Shown: positions 1 through 10,829, counted from the stretch's first letter. The stretch is 64,000 bases of DNA from Ignavibacteriota bacterium (GCA_963787835.1 CAWBEI010000004.1:96001-160000), one strand, 5' to 3'. The notes: generated by a model from the letters alone, not told the origin. A program made the numbers and translations.

Positions 1-1721
1 GAACCGGTTGGTTTTGGCTCGCGCACCATGCGCTTCAATGGCTCGATCACTGCTTCGGAAGTGTCGATATTCTGAATATCTGTCGGTAACGATTCATCTA
101 CAGTAGGGACGTGCTGTGCATGTCCGTCCCCTGGTGTTTCGTCCTCTGCCGGTCCTACGGAACCAACCTGTGCCACAGGCTCGGCAACAACGGCAGGTTG
201 CTCCGCTTTCTCCTCATCGGGATCGACCGCCCCATTCGTGAGCCGGCTGAAATGCCGTGAATTAGATCCAAGCTTGTCCTGCCCGTTGCGTGTCAGCCGA
301 GGAATGCCGGTGCCTTCGTGAAGTTTGGCTGGGCGTACCTTTAAAAGGGGTTGATGCTCAATGCGAGGAGCGGGAACTTCATCAGCAGAAGCAACGGCAA
401 CGATTGCTGGTTCGGCGATCGGCGTTGGACCTGTGGCAGGGGGCGGTGCTTCGGCGATGAGTGTTGCTTTGGGTTGTACGGGAGCAATCGGCCGAACGCG
501 ACCCATGTCTGGAACTTGCACGATCGGGGCTACAGCTTCGGCAACTGTCTCAGCTACCGGCGCGGCCATTGGCGTCACTTCTGTTGTATTCGCTATCTCT
601 GCCGCTTTAGATTCTTCTTCGAGCCGTTCTGCTTCTCGCCGTTCTTCCTTCGCGGCCTCGCGGACGGATTGACGTACTTCACGTTTTTCCCAGAATTCAA
701 TGATCTTGCGGCGCGACCATGTCACTAACAATTCCCACCATCCTCGGAGACGGGTGAACGTTTTCTCGATATCGAGATCGATCGAGAAGATGAGCATGAC
801 GATGAACGCTGCCGCATAAATAATGAACGCGCCGGCGCTACCGATAGCGCGGGCGAATGCAAGGCCAAGGAACTGACCTACCGAGCCGGACCATTCGCGC
901 GGAAGATTCAGGAAATTCGATGCGGTTCCCATCGTCGCGCTGAAGAGGATCGCCGTCAGCAGGAAGAACGTTGTGGCAAGCGTAAGCCGCCGGCGTTGCT
1001 TATAGGTGAAGCGAAAGAACGCAAGCGACCATGCGCCGAAAAAGATCGGGTACAGCACCGCTGCATAGCCGATGGTTTTATTGATGAGGAAATTAGCGAG
1101 CATCGCGCCGATAAGCCCAAGCCGGTTTTTCACCAGATCGGCATTTGCGCGGACGGCATCGCGTACGGGGTCGGGCGCGTCGCCGTGGGGAAGGAAAAGC
1201 GAGGGTAGGTCACTGATGCGCGTTTCGGAGCGGGAAGCATCGTCCGGAGAATACGTTACAATGGCGATCAGGATGAGTAATGCCGCAACGATACACGCAA
1301 CTCCAAGCATTTGCCGCTGTTTGACCAGCGAATCCGTTTTTTGCTTGGGAGCTTTTAGCGGAAGCGCCATTTGCTCAACTTCTTCTTCCTGAGGAGCCTG
1401 GGATTTCTTTGTTCTTCGCGCCCGCGGTTTGGGAGGTTCATCCACCGGCTGCGTGATGCGTGCCTGACGTTCTGCGGCGGCGGTCTCGCGCGCTTCTTCC
1501 GATAGACGTTTCGGCATCGGACGTGCACGCGGAGTCAGGGTACCGGCTGCATTGGTTTCGAGCGGCTCATCATCTTCTAAAAATGCGACGGAGGGAGATG
1601 CCTGCCGTATAGCTGACCTATCATCCCTCGCTGAACCGTCTTCCTCGGCAAAGCGCGTGACGGAGCCATTCCGCGAAATGCGGATCGGCGGCGTAGGCTC
1701 TCGATCGAAATCTTCCAGCAC
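1..1721 (-). CDS. ftsK: DNA translocase FtsK, 5' part only (N-terminal extension, 4TM domain, start of Pro/Ala/Glu-rich linker); runs off the left edge of the window
   Basis: Not in the ORF track because it has no stop inside the window. Manual minus-strand translation from GTG 1721 gives MLEDFDREPTPP...QMLGVACIVAALLILIAIVTYSPDD...KNRLGLIGAMLANFLINKTIGYAA...WSGSVGQFLG, matching the FtsK 4TM pattern (N-x-x-G-x-x-G-A), then a low-complexity linker. The motor domain is not in the window and the frame was only spot-checked. Confidence 0.8.
   Translation of the reverse strand, partial: MLEDFDREPTPPIRISRNGSVTRFAEEDGSARDDRSAIRQASPSVAFLEDDEPLETNAAGTLTPRARPMPKRLSEEARETAAAERQARITQPVDEPPKPRARRTKKSQAPQEEEVEQMALPLKAPKQKTDSLVKQRQMLGVACIVAALLILIAIVTYSPDDASRSETRISDLPSLFLPHGDAPDPVRDAVRANADLVKNRLGLIGAMLANFLINKTIGYAAVLYPIFFGAWSLAFFRFTYKQRRRLTLATTFFLLTAILFSATMGTASNFLNLPREWSGSVGQFLGLAFARAIGSAGAFIIYAAAFIVMLIFSIDLDIEKTFTRLRGWWELLVTWSRRKIIEFWEKREVRQSVREAAKEERREAERLEEESKAAEIANTTEVTPMAAPVAETVAEAVAPIVQVPDMGRVRPIAPVQPKATLIAEAPPPATGPTPIAEPAIVAVASADEVPAPRIEHQPLLKVRPAKLHEGTGIPRLTRNGQDKLGSNSRHFSRLTNGAVDPDEEKAEQPAVVAEPVAQVGSVGPAEDETPGDGHAQHVPTVDESLPTDIQNIDTSEAVIEPLKRMVREPKPTG
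103..125 (+). repeat. GTAG-type REP-like palindrome (family A) inside the ftsK linker
   Basis: GTAG followed by GGACGTGC-TGT-GCATGTCC hairpin; encodes GHAQHVPT in FtsK. Related copies at 7801-7816 and 45871-45893. Confidence 0.65.
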
Positions 1722-1726
1722 GAATA

Positions 1727-1807
1727 GAATTACGAATTACGAATTTCAAATTACGAATGAGGGCTCCTTGCCCCAATTCTTCATTCTTATTTCTTAATTC
1801 TAAATTG
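1727..1807. repeat. Inverted array of AT-rich heptamer repeats
   Basis: (GAATTAC)n arm followed by an inverted (AATTCTT)-like arm; same design as 11017-11090 and 11184-11279. Confidence 0.7.
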
Positions 1808-1850
1808 AACTGTGGGTATAAAGGGAGAAAAGTGGGAAATGGTTTCAGGC

Positions 1851-2075
1851 TTATTCGCTTTTATAGCTCTCAGGAACAAGTAGCAAATAGGGCTGGATTT
1901 TTAGGACTTTACAAATCGCAGCCCATCGTTCTAATGTCAATCCGTCTTCGGCTCTTTCGATTCTCGCTAAGTGATTTGCACCGATTCCGGCCTTGCCTGC
2001 AAGTGCCTCCTGGGTAAGACCCATTTTAAGGCGATAGCCTTTGATATTCTTTGCAATAATGTGCTTTAAATTCAC
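1851..2075 (-). CDS. XRE/HTH_3 transcriptional regulator (74 aa)
   Basis: IAKNIKGYRLKMGLTQEALAGKAGIGANHLARIER is a typical XRE helix-turn-helix; divergent from the fibre gene. Confidence 0.9.
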   Translation of the reverse strand: MNLKHIIAKNIKGYRLKMGLTQEALAGKAGIGANHLARIERAEDGLTLERWAAICKVLKIQPYLLLVPESYKSE

Positions 2076-2109
2076 ATCTGCAAATTATCACTGTATTAAA
2101 AAAGACCGT

Positions 2110-2155
2110 TATCAAAAAAATTGATAGTAATACTGATTTTTTCGTCGTATCTTTG
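2110..2155 (+). promoter_or_regulatory. Candidate operator palindrome and Bacteroidota-type -7 promoter element upstream of the fibre gene
   Basis: TATCAA-N5-TTGATA at 2110-2126; TATCTTTG (TAnnTTTG) at 2148-2155. Confidence 0.4.
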
Positions 2156-2199
2156 TATTCAGAGCTTCGGTTGAAACTCTTCAAAATGGAAAAATCAAT

Positions 2200-5100
2200 A
2201 TGAAAAAACTCATTTCTTTCGCTTTCTTGTTCTTCGTGCCATATTCACTTCAAGCGCAGCAGATGCCTAACGTGATTTCATATCAAGGAGTAATTCAGAG
2301 CGTTAATGGAGTTCCTGTCCAGGATAGCACTTACCCAGTCACCGTCATAATATGGACGGATGCGGATGCGGGTACACCGATCTGGCAGGACGTTTTCAAC
2401 GCCGAGGTAAGAGGTGGAGTGTTCAATATTCTACTCGGTTCCCATATCCCTCTACCTGCATCATCGGCCATGGATCATCCTCTTTGGATTAGTGTCAGCG
2501 TAGGTGAGTTCTCGGAATCTTCGAGGAGGACGATGCTCTCATCCGTGCCAATGGCAATGAACGTGACCGATAGTGCTATCACCACGAAGAAGCTTGCGGA
2601 TGGAGCCGTTACCTGGAATAAAATGGGAACCGACTATGTACCTTATATTCGGGTGAATGGAGCCAAAGTCAATACAGGCCAGAGCTCGATTAATTTCACC
2701 GGAGGTGATGGCTTGAAAATTGATTATGACTCTACAACGATGAGCGTAATCGTTCGCCCCGATGTGGCCTCCACAGCAGATAATCCCGGTACGGGTAATC
2801 TTGGTAATGGAATGAAGACGCTGACTATTGGCAATTCCTGGGTCGAAGGTGGCAATAGCGACATAGATAGTCCCTCGCCAAGCAAAGATTATCTTGGAAC
2901 CAAAACGAATGATCCAGTCTGGTTCAAAGTCAATACTGCCGGATCATCCGATACTACTGCGGGAACGGTAATGCGATATGTCCCAACATCAGGCGAGCCA
3001 AACATTATCGGTGGGAATGCTTCCAATACAAATACTGGGCATGGGTCTGTCATTGCCGGAGGTGGGTATTCGGGAGCACCGAATACCATTTCCAACGACA
3101 ATGCAACCATTAGTGGTGGATCAAATAATAATGTTATTGGCGAATGGGGTACAATAGGTGGTGGGCAGAATGGGAATGTATACAGCATATATGCTACTGT
3201 TGGAGGGGGAGTTGGAAATACCGCTGGCCATCTTGGTACCGGTCATAGTATGGATCAGCATCAAACAGTTGGCGGAGGTAACACGAATCTTGCACAAGGA
3301 GACGACGCTGTCGTTGCGGGAGGCGAGAATAACTCTGCAACCGGTGGGCACACCGCAATTGGCGGAGGATTCGGCAACACCGACACGGCAACTGGAGGGG
3401 TTGTTTCCGGAGGTGAGAGTAACACTTCTTTTGGAGATCATGCCTCAGTTGTTGGCGGGGATTCTAACACAACTTTGGGAAGCCATTCTGCAGTTTTGGG
3501 TGGCATACACAACTATGTCTCCGGAAAATACTCTTCGGTGTTAGGAGGGCAGTGGCTGGATTTGGGTGATAGCAGCATTGGTTTTAATGCAGCAATTATG
3601 GGGACCTCCCTCCTTAACCTTACGGCTTTTCAAAATGTTGGGTACTTCGGAAACATCGATTTATGGATTGGGAACATGAATGATGCCGCGAGAGAACTCC
3701 GGTTCTATGGGCCTAACCACGATCTTCATTACGCTACTTCTATGTACAGTGCCTTCAAGGCGGGTGTTCAAACCGATAGTATCGTGTACACACTCCCAAC
3801 GACAGCTCCGACAGCGGGCCAGCTGCTTGAAGCTTATTCCGTAAGTAGTGGTACAAACGTAGCGCTAAGTTGGGTGACTGGGGGTGGCGGATCGGCAGGA
3901 TGGCTCTTGACTGGCAATGCTGGAACAAATTCAGGAACGAACTATCTCGGCACGAACGATACGGCGGCATTCGAAATTCACTTAGATAATTTGGATCCAG
4001 CGACAGGCGGCAACCACCGTGTAATGAAATACTCTCAAGGCATCATCTCTCCGAATTTACTCGGAGGGTCACGTTACAATTCTATTGCACCTGGGCTAAG
4101 TGGAAATGCAATCATGGGAGGCGGGGATAGCGCCATGCCGAATATGATCATGCAAGCCACAAGCACTTTTGGATACCCGCTCCCTGCTAATCTGAATTTC
4201 ATCGGAGGAGGCGAAGGGAACGTTACATGGTCGGAGCATGATGTAATTGGCGGGGGCCGTGGTAATATGATGATGGCAGATACTTTTAGGTCAGGTTATA
4301 ATTTTATCGGAGGCGGGGACTCCAACTTCGTAGGTTGGGGATGCTATGATAATGTCATAGGGGGCGGCAGGTTTGATACCCTCGCCTCCTCCTACGGCGT
4401 CATTAGCGGAGGAGAGCTGAACCTCATCAACGGCCCTTCTACACTGGATTTCATCGGAGGCGGCATAGGGAATGACATCGGCGGAGTCATTTCGGTAAAT
4501 GGAAACGCGAACTATTCTGCGATAGTTGGTGGGGATTCGAACACCATTATGCAGTACGCTTCATATTCGTCAATTGTTGGAGGGTCACATAACGTGATTG
4601 ATTCGGCTGCATCATATAATTTCCTCGGTTCTGGCTTCAGAAATCACATTGACGTTGGTTCCGACACCTCGGCGCTTGTCGGCGGAGCCAACAACTATAT
4701 TGGTAGTGGCATGTATAGTTTCCTCGGCGCAGGTGCAAATGATACGATCAAATCATCCAATGCCTTCCTTGGTGGCGGACAGAACAACGCAGTCGAATCT
4801 TCATCAGATCATTCTGTGCTTTCAGGCGGGCAGAGCAATACCATCAAATCCGATCATGGAACCATCTCTGGTGGATCGCTAAACAACATCGGTTCGTCTG
4901 CTTCTTTCTCGACCGTCTCGGGTGGTGACAGTAACAGGGTTCTGGCCAACTTCAGCAATGTCAGTGGTGGGTATGGTAATACGATAGCCAATAATCTATA
5001 CGGCCTATCGTCGATCGGCGGAGGTCAGAATAATTACGTGGACACGTCCGCCTATCTGTCAACTATTGGCGGTGGGGCATTCAACTTCGTACTTTCTTAT

Positions 5101-6114
5101 TGGTCAACGATTGGTGGCGGAGAGCTGAACCTGATCGACCGGCTGGCACCCGCATCCACTATAGGTGGAGGTCAGATCAATAAAGCGTTCGCTAACTACA
5201 GCACCATTGGCGGTGGTTTTTACAACCTGATAGAACGCCAAACTTTAAGTTGGTGCGACTTGACTTGGAAAGAACCGACCGGGACGATTGCAGGGGGCGC
5301 ACAGGACACCATCGGTCCACTTGACACTCGATGGGTTACAAATGACTCATTATTGCTTCCCCCGAACTATTCTTCCCCTGTCATGGCTTCAATTGGAGGC
5401 GGCTATAAAAATACCGTTAACGGATCGTATGGATCAGTAGGCGGAGGCTACATCAATCATGCGCTTGGTATGGGCGCTACGGTTCCAGGGGGAATCGGAC
5501 TCGAAGCGACCGATTTGCAAACTGCCGTGGGGCGATATAATAAAAACACCGTATATAATCTTGGATACCTGCTGGGAGCACATCCAGATACAATACCCAG
5601 CCTCGGAAATGCTATTACTTTTATGGTTGGTAATGGCACGGATACGGGGCATCGTTCCAACGCCTTTACCGTCTCCGATGTTGGGTACTCTACCGCTTAC
5701 GATACCCTCAGTTCCGGCGGTGCGCAAACTCCACCTCCTCTTAGTACAGGACCAACCGTGATGGGCTCCACATATTTGCATAACACCATCATCGCATGGG
5801 GGAATGCAATTCCGGGCGCTCCTGCTGATAAAGACTCAGCGGACATGGGAGTTGCCAGTATCCAGTGGGTTCCGGCAGACACTCAATACGTGGTTACACT
5901 CAATGTTAACGACCCGAATGGATTGCCTCATCACTTTACACAAGGCCATTCTTCCGTGGTTGCTTCAATCAATCAGGGATTGTCGGGAACACCCGGGATT
6001 ATTGCAGTGACTTCTGTCGATGCCTCCAGTACGTTTCGTGTGACAACATGGCCAGCGGGCAGCACACATCCAACTGATACGTTTGGTTTTATGTTTCAAG
6101 TTGTGGCAAGATGA
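2200..6114 (+). CDS. Large secreted Gly-rich repeat fibre/adhesin-like protein (1304 aa)
   Basis: Signal peptide ending SLQA|QQ; N-terminal ISYQG...GVFNILLG domain; dozens of [IV]xGGxxN repeats with about 14-aa period; tail-fibre-like YTLPTTAPTAGQLL segment; no recognisable S74 chaperone or T9SS CTD. Confidence 0.8.
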   Translation: MKKLISFAFLFFVPYSLQAQQMPNVISYQGVIQSVNGVPVQDSTYPVTVIIWTDADAGTPIWQDVFNAEVRGGVFNILLGSHIPLPASSAMDHPLWISVSVGEFSESSRRTMLSSVPMAMNVTDSAITTKKLADGAVTWNKMGTDYVPYIRVNGAKVNTGQSSINFTGGDGLKIDYDSTTMSVIVRPDVASTADNPGTGNLGNGMKTLTIGNSWVEGGNSDIDSPSPSKDYLGTKTNDPVWFKVNTAGSSDTTAGTVMRYVPTSGEPNIIGGNASNTNTGHGSVIAGGGYSGAPNTISNDNATISGGSNNNVIGEWGTIGGGQNGNVYSIYATVGGGVGNTAGHLGTGHSMDQHQTVGGGNTNLAQGDDAVVAGGENNSATGGHTAIGGGFGNTDTATGGVVSGGESNTSFGDHASVVGGDSNTTLGSHSAVLGGIHNYVSGKYSSVLGGQWLDLGDSSIGFNAAIMGTSLLNLTAFQNVGYFGNIDLWIGNMNDAARELRFYGPNHDLHYATSMYSAFKAGVQTDSIVYTLPTTAPTAGQLLEAYSVSSGTNVALSWVTGGGGSAGWLLTGNAGTNSGTNYLGTNDTAAFEIHLDNLDPATGGNHRVMKYSQGIISPNLLGGSRYNSIAPGLSGNAIMGGGDSAMPNMIMQATSTFGYPLPANLNFIGGGEGNVTWSEHDVIGGGRGNMMMADTFRSGYNFIGGGDSNFVGWGCYDNVIGGGRFDTLASSYGVISGGELNLINGPSTLDFIGGGIGNDIGGVISVNGNANYSAIVGGDSNTIMQYASYSSIVGGSHNVIDSAASYNFLGSGFRNHIDVGSDTSALVGGANNYIGSGMYSFLGAGANDTIKSSNAFLGGGQNNAVESSSDHSVLSGGQSNTIKSDHGTISGGSLNNIGSSASFSTVSGGDSNRVLANFSNVSGGYGNTIANNLYGLSSIGGGQNNYVDTSAYLSTIGGGAFNFVLSYWSTIGGGELNLIDRLAPASTIGGGQINKAFANYSTIGGGFYNLIERQTLSWCDLTWKEPTGTIAGGAQDTIGPLDTRWVTNDSLLLPPNYSSPVMASIGGGYKNTVNGSYGSVGGGYINHALGMGATVPGGIGLEATDLQTAVGRYNKNTVYNLGYLLGAHPDTIPSLGNAITFMVGNGTDTGHRSNAFTVSDVGYSTAYDTLSSGGAQTPPPLSTGPTVMGSTYLHNTIIAWGNAIPGAPADKDSADMGVASIQWVPADTQYVVTLNVNDPNGLPHHFTQGHSSVVASINQGLSGTPGIIAVTSVDASSTFRVTTWPAGSTHPTDTFGFMFQVVAR

Positions 6115-6122
6115 TCATTGCG

Positions 6123-6149
6123 TGAGACCCGGTGAATTTCCGGGCCTCA
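6123..6149. other. Intergenic hairpin between the fibre gene and the T9SS gene
   Basis: TGAGACCCGG-TGAATTT-CCGGGCCTCA; no U-tract, so possibly an mRNA stability element. Confidence 0.35.
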
Positions 6150-6159
6150 TAAATTCGAC

Positions 6160-7923
6160 ATGAAAAAAATTATTATGTTCGCCATTCTGATGCTCCTGCC
6201 GCTCTGCGGCAGGGCGCAATGGCATTTGCTGCGTGATTTCGATAGTTACCTGCCTGCTGATATCCGGTCGAATGTTCAGCTAACTTCAATTTATTTCCTC
6301 GATCTCCCAGGGCCGCCCCGCATTGGATTCGTAGGCATGGATCACAACAATGTCGATAGTAATCAAGTATGGAAAACTACCGATGGCGGATGGACGTGGT
6401 ATTCGGTGAAAGCGCCGTATCACCCGGATCCTGTTTTTATAGGTTTGAATGCCGATGATTTTGCCTTCAAAGATAGCTCCACTGGCTGGCTCGCTAACTT
6501 TTGGGCGTGGGGAGGATGCGATGTGACGACGGACGCGGGAGAAACATGGACGACAGTTCCTATGCCGAATCCATCGAACCCCTGTTATCTCCTCTATTAT
6601 CATCATGCAACCAACCGCCTTTTTGCGGCCTTAGAAGCTGATAACTGGAGCCTCGTTTCGACTGACGAAGGAACTACCTGGCAAAGCATGAATTTATACT
6701 TTGTTGGGATTTCCTTCTCTGACGATTCAACAGGGATACTTCTGGGCGGGGCTTATTCTCTTGCTCCCCCAACAATTTACTATACAACTAATGGGGGAGT
6801 AACCTGGACACTCTCAAGCAGTTCTGTTCCCCCCGGCTGCGTTCATCCCCTTGCAATCAAAGGAACGAAAACATTCTTTATTGAAGATGTTGGCTGTGCT
6901 GTTTCCCGAAGTGACGACGGCGGACAGACGTGGCGCGAATTATCGATTGTTCCGTCACTCCATATTACTCTTGGAGAGGGAACAGGCGTGCTATTTGGGA
7001 ATTTACAAAACATTTACACCCAAACAGACGCTGGAATTTTTGTTTCGAAGGATTCAGGAATAACGTGGCAGAGTCTGTGCGGTCCCGGTAACAGTTTGGA
7101 CGGAGGCGAATTCACCAAATCTTTTTATGAACGGGATGGGCGCATATATGCTGGGGAATTTAATGATATTACACAAGGAAGGCTTTGGTATTTAAATACC
7201 GACTCTCTCAATATCTTTTCCTCCTCGCTTCACCTTACGCAAAGCACGTCGAGCGTAAGCAGTCTAAGCGTTCTCTTCCATCCACAAATAGATTCCACGG
7301 TTAGAGTCGATACGGCGCATTTTGCTATTCGGTATGATACCTCGCTTCTACTCAAATCGCTTCAGCTCCCAGCGGGTTGGAATATTCTCGATTCGAGTTT
7401 GAGTGGCAATACTATAAACATCACCATTTTTGATACCTTGAGCGAAGTCACTACACCATCTGTCACGTTGAATTTTGAACCGATCATAACGCCAACGAAA
7501 ACCTCCGGCATGATCTGGCTCGATTCAGCCAACCTTTCAGGCAAATGGATGAGCTGTGATATTTTGGCTCAATCCACATCTGCGCCAGATTCCGTTCAAA
7601 TCAATTTTAACGCCTGCGGGGATTCTCTTCTCCTTGCAGCGATGAGTGGCAAGCCGCTGTTCACGATCGAGAGCATTCAGCCGAATCCGGCGCAGGATGA
7701 GATCACGGTTCAGCTATCGGGGAATGTTCAGCCGGTTATCGAGATGTATGATGCGTTGGGCAGGGGGATGGATCCTTCGACAAGCTCAGGACAGGCTCCG
7801 CGCAGCACGTCCCTACGGAGTGGTATTTCGCTCGATGTTTCGGGTGTGCCATCGGGCATCTATTTTGTTCGGGTGTCGGCGGGAGGGTATGTGGAATCGC
7901 GGAGTGTAGTGGTGGAGCATTAA
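6160..7923 (+). CDS. BNR/Asp-box beta-propeller protein with T9SS type A C-terminal domain
   Basis: Signal peptide; repeated T/S-x-D-G-G-x-T-W motifs; [15 protein letters not shown]...YDALGR...PSGIYFVRV. Confidence 0.88.
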   Translation: MKKIIMFAILMLLPLCGRAQWHLLRDFDSYLPADIRSNVQLTSIYFLDLPGPPRIGFVGMDHNNVDSNQVWKTTDGGWTWYSVKAPYHPDPVFIGLNADDFAFKDSSTGWLANFWAWGGCDVTTDAGETWTTVPMPNPSNPCYLLYYHHATNRLFAALEADNWSLVSTDEGTTWQSMNLYFVGISFSDDSTGILLGGAYSLAPPTIYYTTNGGVTWTLSSSSVPPGCVHPLAIKGTKTFFIEDVGCAVSRSDDGGQTWRELSIVPSLHITLGEGTGVLFGNLQNIYTQTDAGIFVSKDSGITWQSLCGPGNSLDGGEFTKSFYERDGRIYAGEFNDITQGRLWYLNTDSLNIFSSSLHLTQSTSSVSSLSVLFHPQIDSTVRVDTAHFAIRYDTSLLLKSLQLPAGWNILDSSLSGNTINITIFDTLSEVTTPSVTLNFEPIITPTKTSGMIWLDSANLSGKWMSCDILAQSTSAPDSVQINFNACGDSLLLAAMSGKPLFTIESIQPNPAQDEITVQLSGNVQPVIEMYDALGRGMDPSTSSGQAPRSTSLRSGISLDVSGVPSGIYFVRVSAGGYVESRSVVVEH

Positions 7924-7927
7924 TTGT
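7588..7927 (+). repeat. T9SS CTD DNA module, copy 1
   Basis: About 14 mismatches over 177 nt (manual count, 7588-7764) against the copy starting at 48702; a 37-nt identical stretch is shared with the copy near 47032-47068. Confidence 0.9.
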
Positions 7928-8017
7928 CAGAAGCGGGATGACGCGGATTTCGATCTTGGATATTTGAGGATCAGAATGAGCGGATTATCGGCTGGGAACG
8001 GAAGTTCCCGCGTTGCT

Positions 8018-8142
8018 TCCGAACACAAAGTATATAAAATGTGGCGCTGCCTTTGGGAAAGCTTCGAAAATGGCATGTAATCGAGGGTACGGCAATGAAA
8101 AAGTGCAGCGGAACTCAGCTCCGGACACAAAGTATATAAAAT
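8018..8142 (+). repeat. Pair of 23-nt direct repeats, starts 102 nt apart
   Basis: TCCG(A/G)ACACAAAGTATATAAAAT at 8018-8040 and 8120-8142. Confidence 0.75.
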
Positions 8143-8417
8143 TGAGAATGCTTTTCACGGAGAATTAAAATTTGTGGAGAAAAGTGTTGATAAGTGGAAT
8201 TTTTTCCAGATGAATGGGTTTCCATGAGGGATGCTAAGCGCGGCCTGCCCTTCCGCGTTGTGCTTTTTAAGCCGGAGTGTGCCAATCTCCGGCTGCTCTA
8301 TCACCAAATCATTATGTATTCCGGTTCATTCGGAAACAAAATGGAGCTTTTCCATCGTATTAAGGATTGTAGATTTTCTCACTCCTTAATCCATTCAAAA
8401 ATGAGAAAAAACACAGC

Positions 8418-10829
8418 ATGACTAAACTCAAAACACCCAATCACCCTCTGCCGGAACGTGTCGATAAGCGCAGGACGCTTTGGGTATTTGCGCTAATGCT
8501 AACGTTTGCATTTATTGCAGGCTGTGGCAGCACGCCAAATACCACTCGTGAAACCCCCACAGCACAGGCTCCGGCCCCCGTAAAAGCAGATCCGTTTGCA
8601 GTGCTCGACGAACAAGCCAAGACCGGCAACATCGACCCTCACGTATTTCAGGAGAGAGTCGATGCCGCCCGTCAGGAATGGCTTCGCGCGTTGGTAGCCC
8701 AGCAAAAAAATGAGAAAACGGAAGTCGTGAAGCACTTTGAAAGCGCGATCGATATTCTGAACCGGCTGATCACCTATCCGGGCATCGATTCGAATACGGA
8801 TTTTAAAGATGTATCGAAGAGCGTGATCGGCGATTACGAGAAATATATTGCTCGGATCGACTCGCTTCCGTCGAATGCTTCGATCTTCGCATTTCGTGAG
8901 AAATTCAATCAGGAAATGACGAAAATGGACATCAAGAATGTCCCGCTGCCACGGATCGATCTTTCGAAAACGCAGATCCCGCTTACGATCAATACGGATG
9001 TCGAGCAATCCATCGCGTATTTTACCGAGGGCAACGGCCGCCCGTTTATGGAAAAATGGCTCGCTCGGACCGGAAGATATTTTCCGATGATGAAGGAGAT
9101 CATGAAGGAAGAGAAAGTGCCGGAAGAGATCATCCATCTCGCGATGATGGAAAGCGGGCTGAATCCTGCGGCGGTCAGTTGGGCAAAGGCAGTCGGTATG
9201 TGGCAGTTTATCGACGAGACGGGGTCGATCTATGGATTGCACAGCAATTGGTGGTTCGATATGCGCCGCGATCCCGTTGCGGCTACTCGCGCTGCCGCTC
9301 GTTTCCTGCGCGATCTCGATAACCAGCTCGGCGATTGGCACTTAGCCTTGGCCGCCTACGATTGTGGCGCGAACCGAATCCTTCAGGCGGAGGCGCAGGC
9401 GAATTCCAAGAGCTATTGGGACATTCGTCCTTTCCTGCCCAAGGAAACTCAGCGATATGTACCGCTTTTTATCGCCACGACGCTCATTTCGATGGACCCC
9501 GTGCGATATGGCTTCAACAATATCGTCTATGAGCAGCCCTTAAAATTTGACACCGTTCATTTGAAGGAAGCCATCGATCTGAAAGCCGTTGCGAAAGCGG
9601 CAGGCGTCAGTGATCTTGAAGTGAAGGAGCTAAATCCGGAATTGCTTCAACCCTCAACTCCGCCACTTGAGCTTTGTTCTCCAGATGGATATTGTTTGCG
9701 GCTGCCGGCTGGTGCAAGCCCGAGTTTTTATGAGCGGCTTGCTGCGATCCCACCCTCAGAGCGCCGACCCTGGCTGGTGCATACCGTTGCCAGAGGCGAG
9801 ACGATGCGCTCGATCGCGAAGCTATATGGCATTGGTACAGACCAACTCGCCGAGTACAATGATATGAGCGCAGGCGAGCACGTCAAGCGTGGAGAGCATC
9901 TGCGCGTACCCATGACCGTCATGGCGCCACAAACCGGTTCTTCTGAAGAAACAGCTTCTGCGCAGCAGGCCGGTTCTGACGATAGCGCACAACCCGGCGT
10001 TACACCCAAGCGTGTACCCATTGAGCAGGCCGCAACTGCCGGTGACTCCAAGCTTCGCCTTATTAAGCATAGAGTGCGCCATGGCGAAACACTCAACAGT
10101 ATCGCGATGGCGAACAGAGTCTCTGTATCGTCGCTCCGAAAATGGAACGACCTTTCGCGCCATGCAAACCTCCACAAGGGCGAAATGCTGAAAATTTACG
10201 AGACGAATATAGCTTCCGCAGTCAAACCAGGTTCGAAAAATGCTCAACTAGCTGCATCGAATAAAAAGTCAAAGCAAACGACGAAATGGGTGACGTATCA
10301 TGTCCGCCGCGGCGATACAATGGGCAAGATCGCAGATAATTTTGGAGTATCACTTAGCGAACTTCGAGCATGGAATCCCGGTGTCCGCAGAACGGTGCGT
10401 CAGGGACAAGCACTACGGGTCCATACGACGATAGATAATGCTGTTGACAATGCCAATATGGCTCAGTCGAACAAGCCAGCCGGTTCACCGACCTACCATA
10501 CTGTCCTTCCCGGTGAAACCCTGACTGCCATAGCGCACAAATTCGGCACAACACCAAACGATCTTTCCGACTGGAATGACGGACTTCAGGCCGACAATCT
10601 CCAGGCTGGCACAAAGATCAAGGTCTATGTACCAAATATTACCCCATCCCAGGGGGATCGCGTGCTTTCTCAGCATACGGCTAATCATCCGCTGACCTAT
10701 CGCGTGAAGCCTGGCGATACGCTTACGACCATTGCAGATGAATTTGGTGTGGGTGTCCGGGAGATCAAGCGCGTGAATCATCTCCACAGCTCACTGCTGA
10801 TCGCGGGTTTACGGCTGCGAATTCCCTGA
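8418..10829 (+). CDS. mltD: Lipoprotein lytic transglycosylase, MltD-like, with five C-terminal LysM domains
   Basis: Lipobox IAGC; SLT motifs AMMESGLNP, AVGMWQF, LALAAY, PKETQRYV; five [YH]xVxxG[DE]T LysM repeats. Confidence 0.9.
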   Translation: MTKLKTPNHPLPERVDKRRTLWVFALMLTFAFIAGCGSTPNTTRETPTAQAPAPVKADPFAVLDEQAKTGNIDPHVFQERVDAARQEWLRALVAQQKNEKTEVVKHFESAIDILNRLITYPGIDSNTDFKDVSKSVIGDYEKYIARIDSLPSNASIFAFREKFNQEMTKMDIKNVPLPRIDLSKTQIPLTINTDVEQSIAYFTEGNGRPFMEKWLARTGRYFPMMKEIMKEEKVPEEIIHLAMMESGLNPAAVSWAKAVGMWQFIDETGSIYGLHSNWWFDMRRDPVAATRAAARFLRDLDNQLGDWHLALAAYDCGANRILQAEAQANSKSYWDIRPFLPKETQRYVPLFIATTLISMDPVRYGFNNIVYEQPLKFDTVHLKEAIDLKAVAKAAGVSDLEVKELNPELLQPSTPPLELCSPDGYCLRLPAGASPSFYERLAAIPPSERRPWLVHTVARGETMRSIAKLYGIGTDQLAEYNDMSAGEHVKRGEHLRVPMTVMAPQTGSSEETASAQQAGSDDSAQPGVTPKRVPIEQAATAGDSKLRLIKHRVRHGETLNSIAMANRVSVSSLRKWNDLSRHANLHKGEMLKIYETNIASAVKPGSKNAQLAASNKKSKQTTKWVTYHVRRGDTMGKIADNFGVSLSELRAWNPGVRRTVRQGQALRVHTTIDNAVDNANMAQSNKPAGSPTYHTVLPGETLTAIAHKFGTTPNDLSDWNDGLQADNLQAGTKIKVYVPNITPSQGDRVLSQHTANHPLTYRVKPGDTLTTIADEFGVGVREIKRVNHLHSSLLIAGLRLRIP

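Noticed and set aside
351-1797. Plus-strand ORFs at the window start
   Set aside because: Shadows of the minus-strand ftsK frame.
1851-6114. Prophage (repressor plus tail fibre)
   Set aside because: The fibre has a Sec signal peptide; no integrase, terminase, capsid or lysis genes.
8018-8142. CRISPR array
   Set aside because: Only two repeats, a 79-nt spacer, no palindrome and no cas genes.
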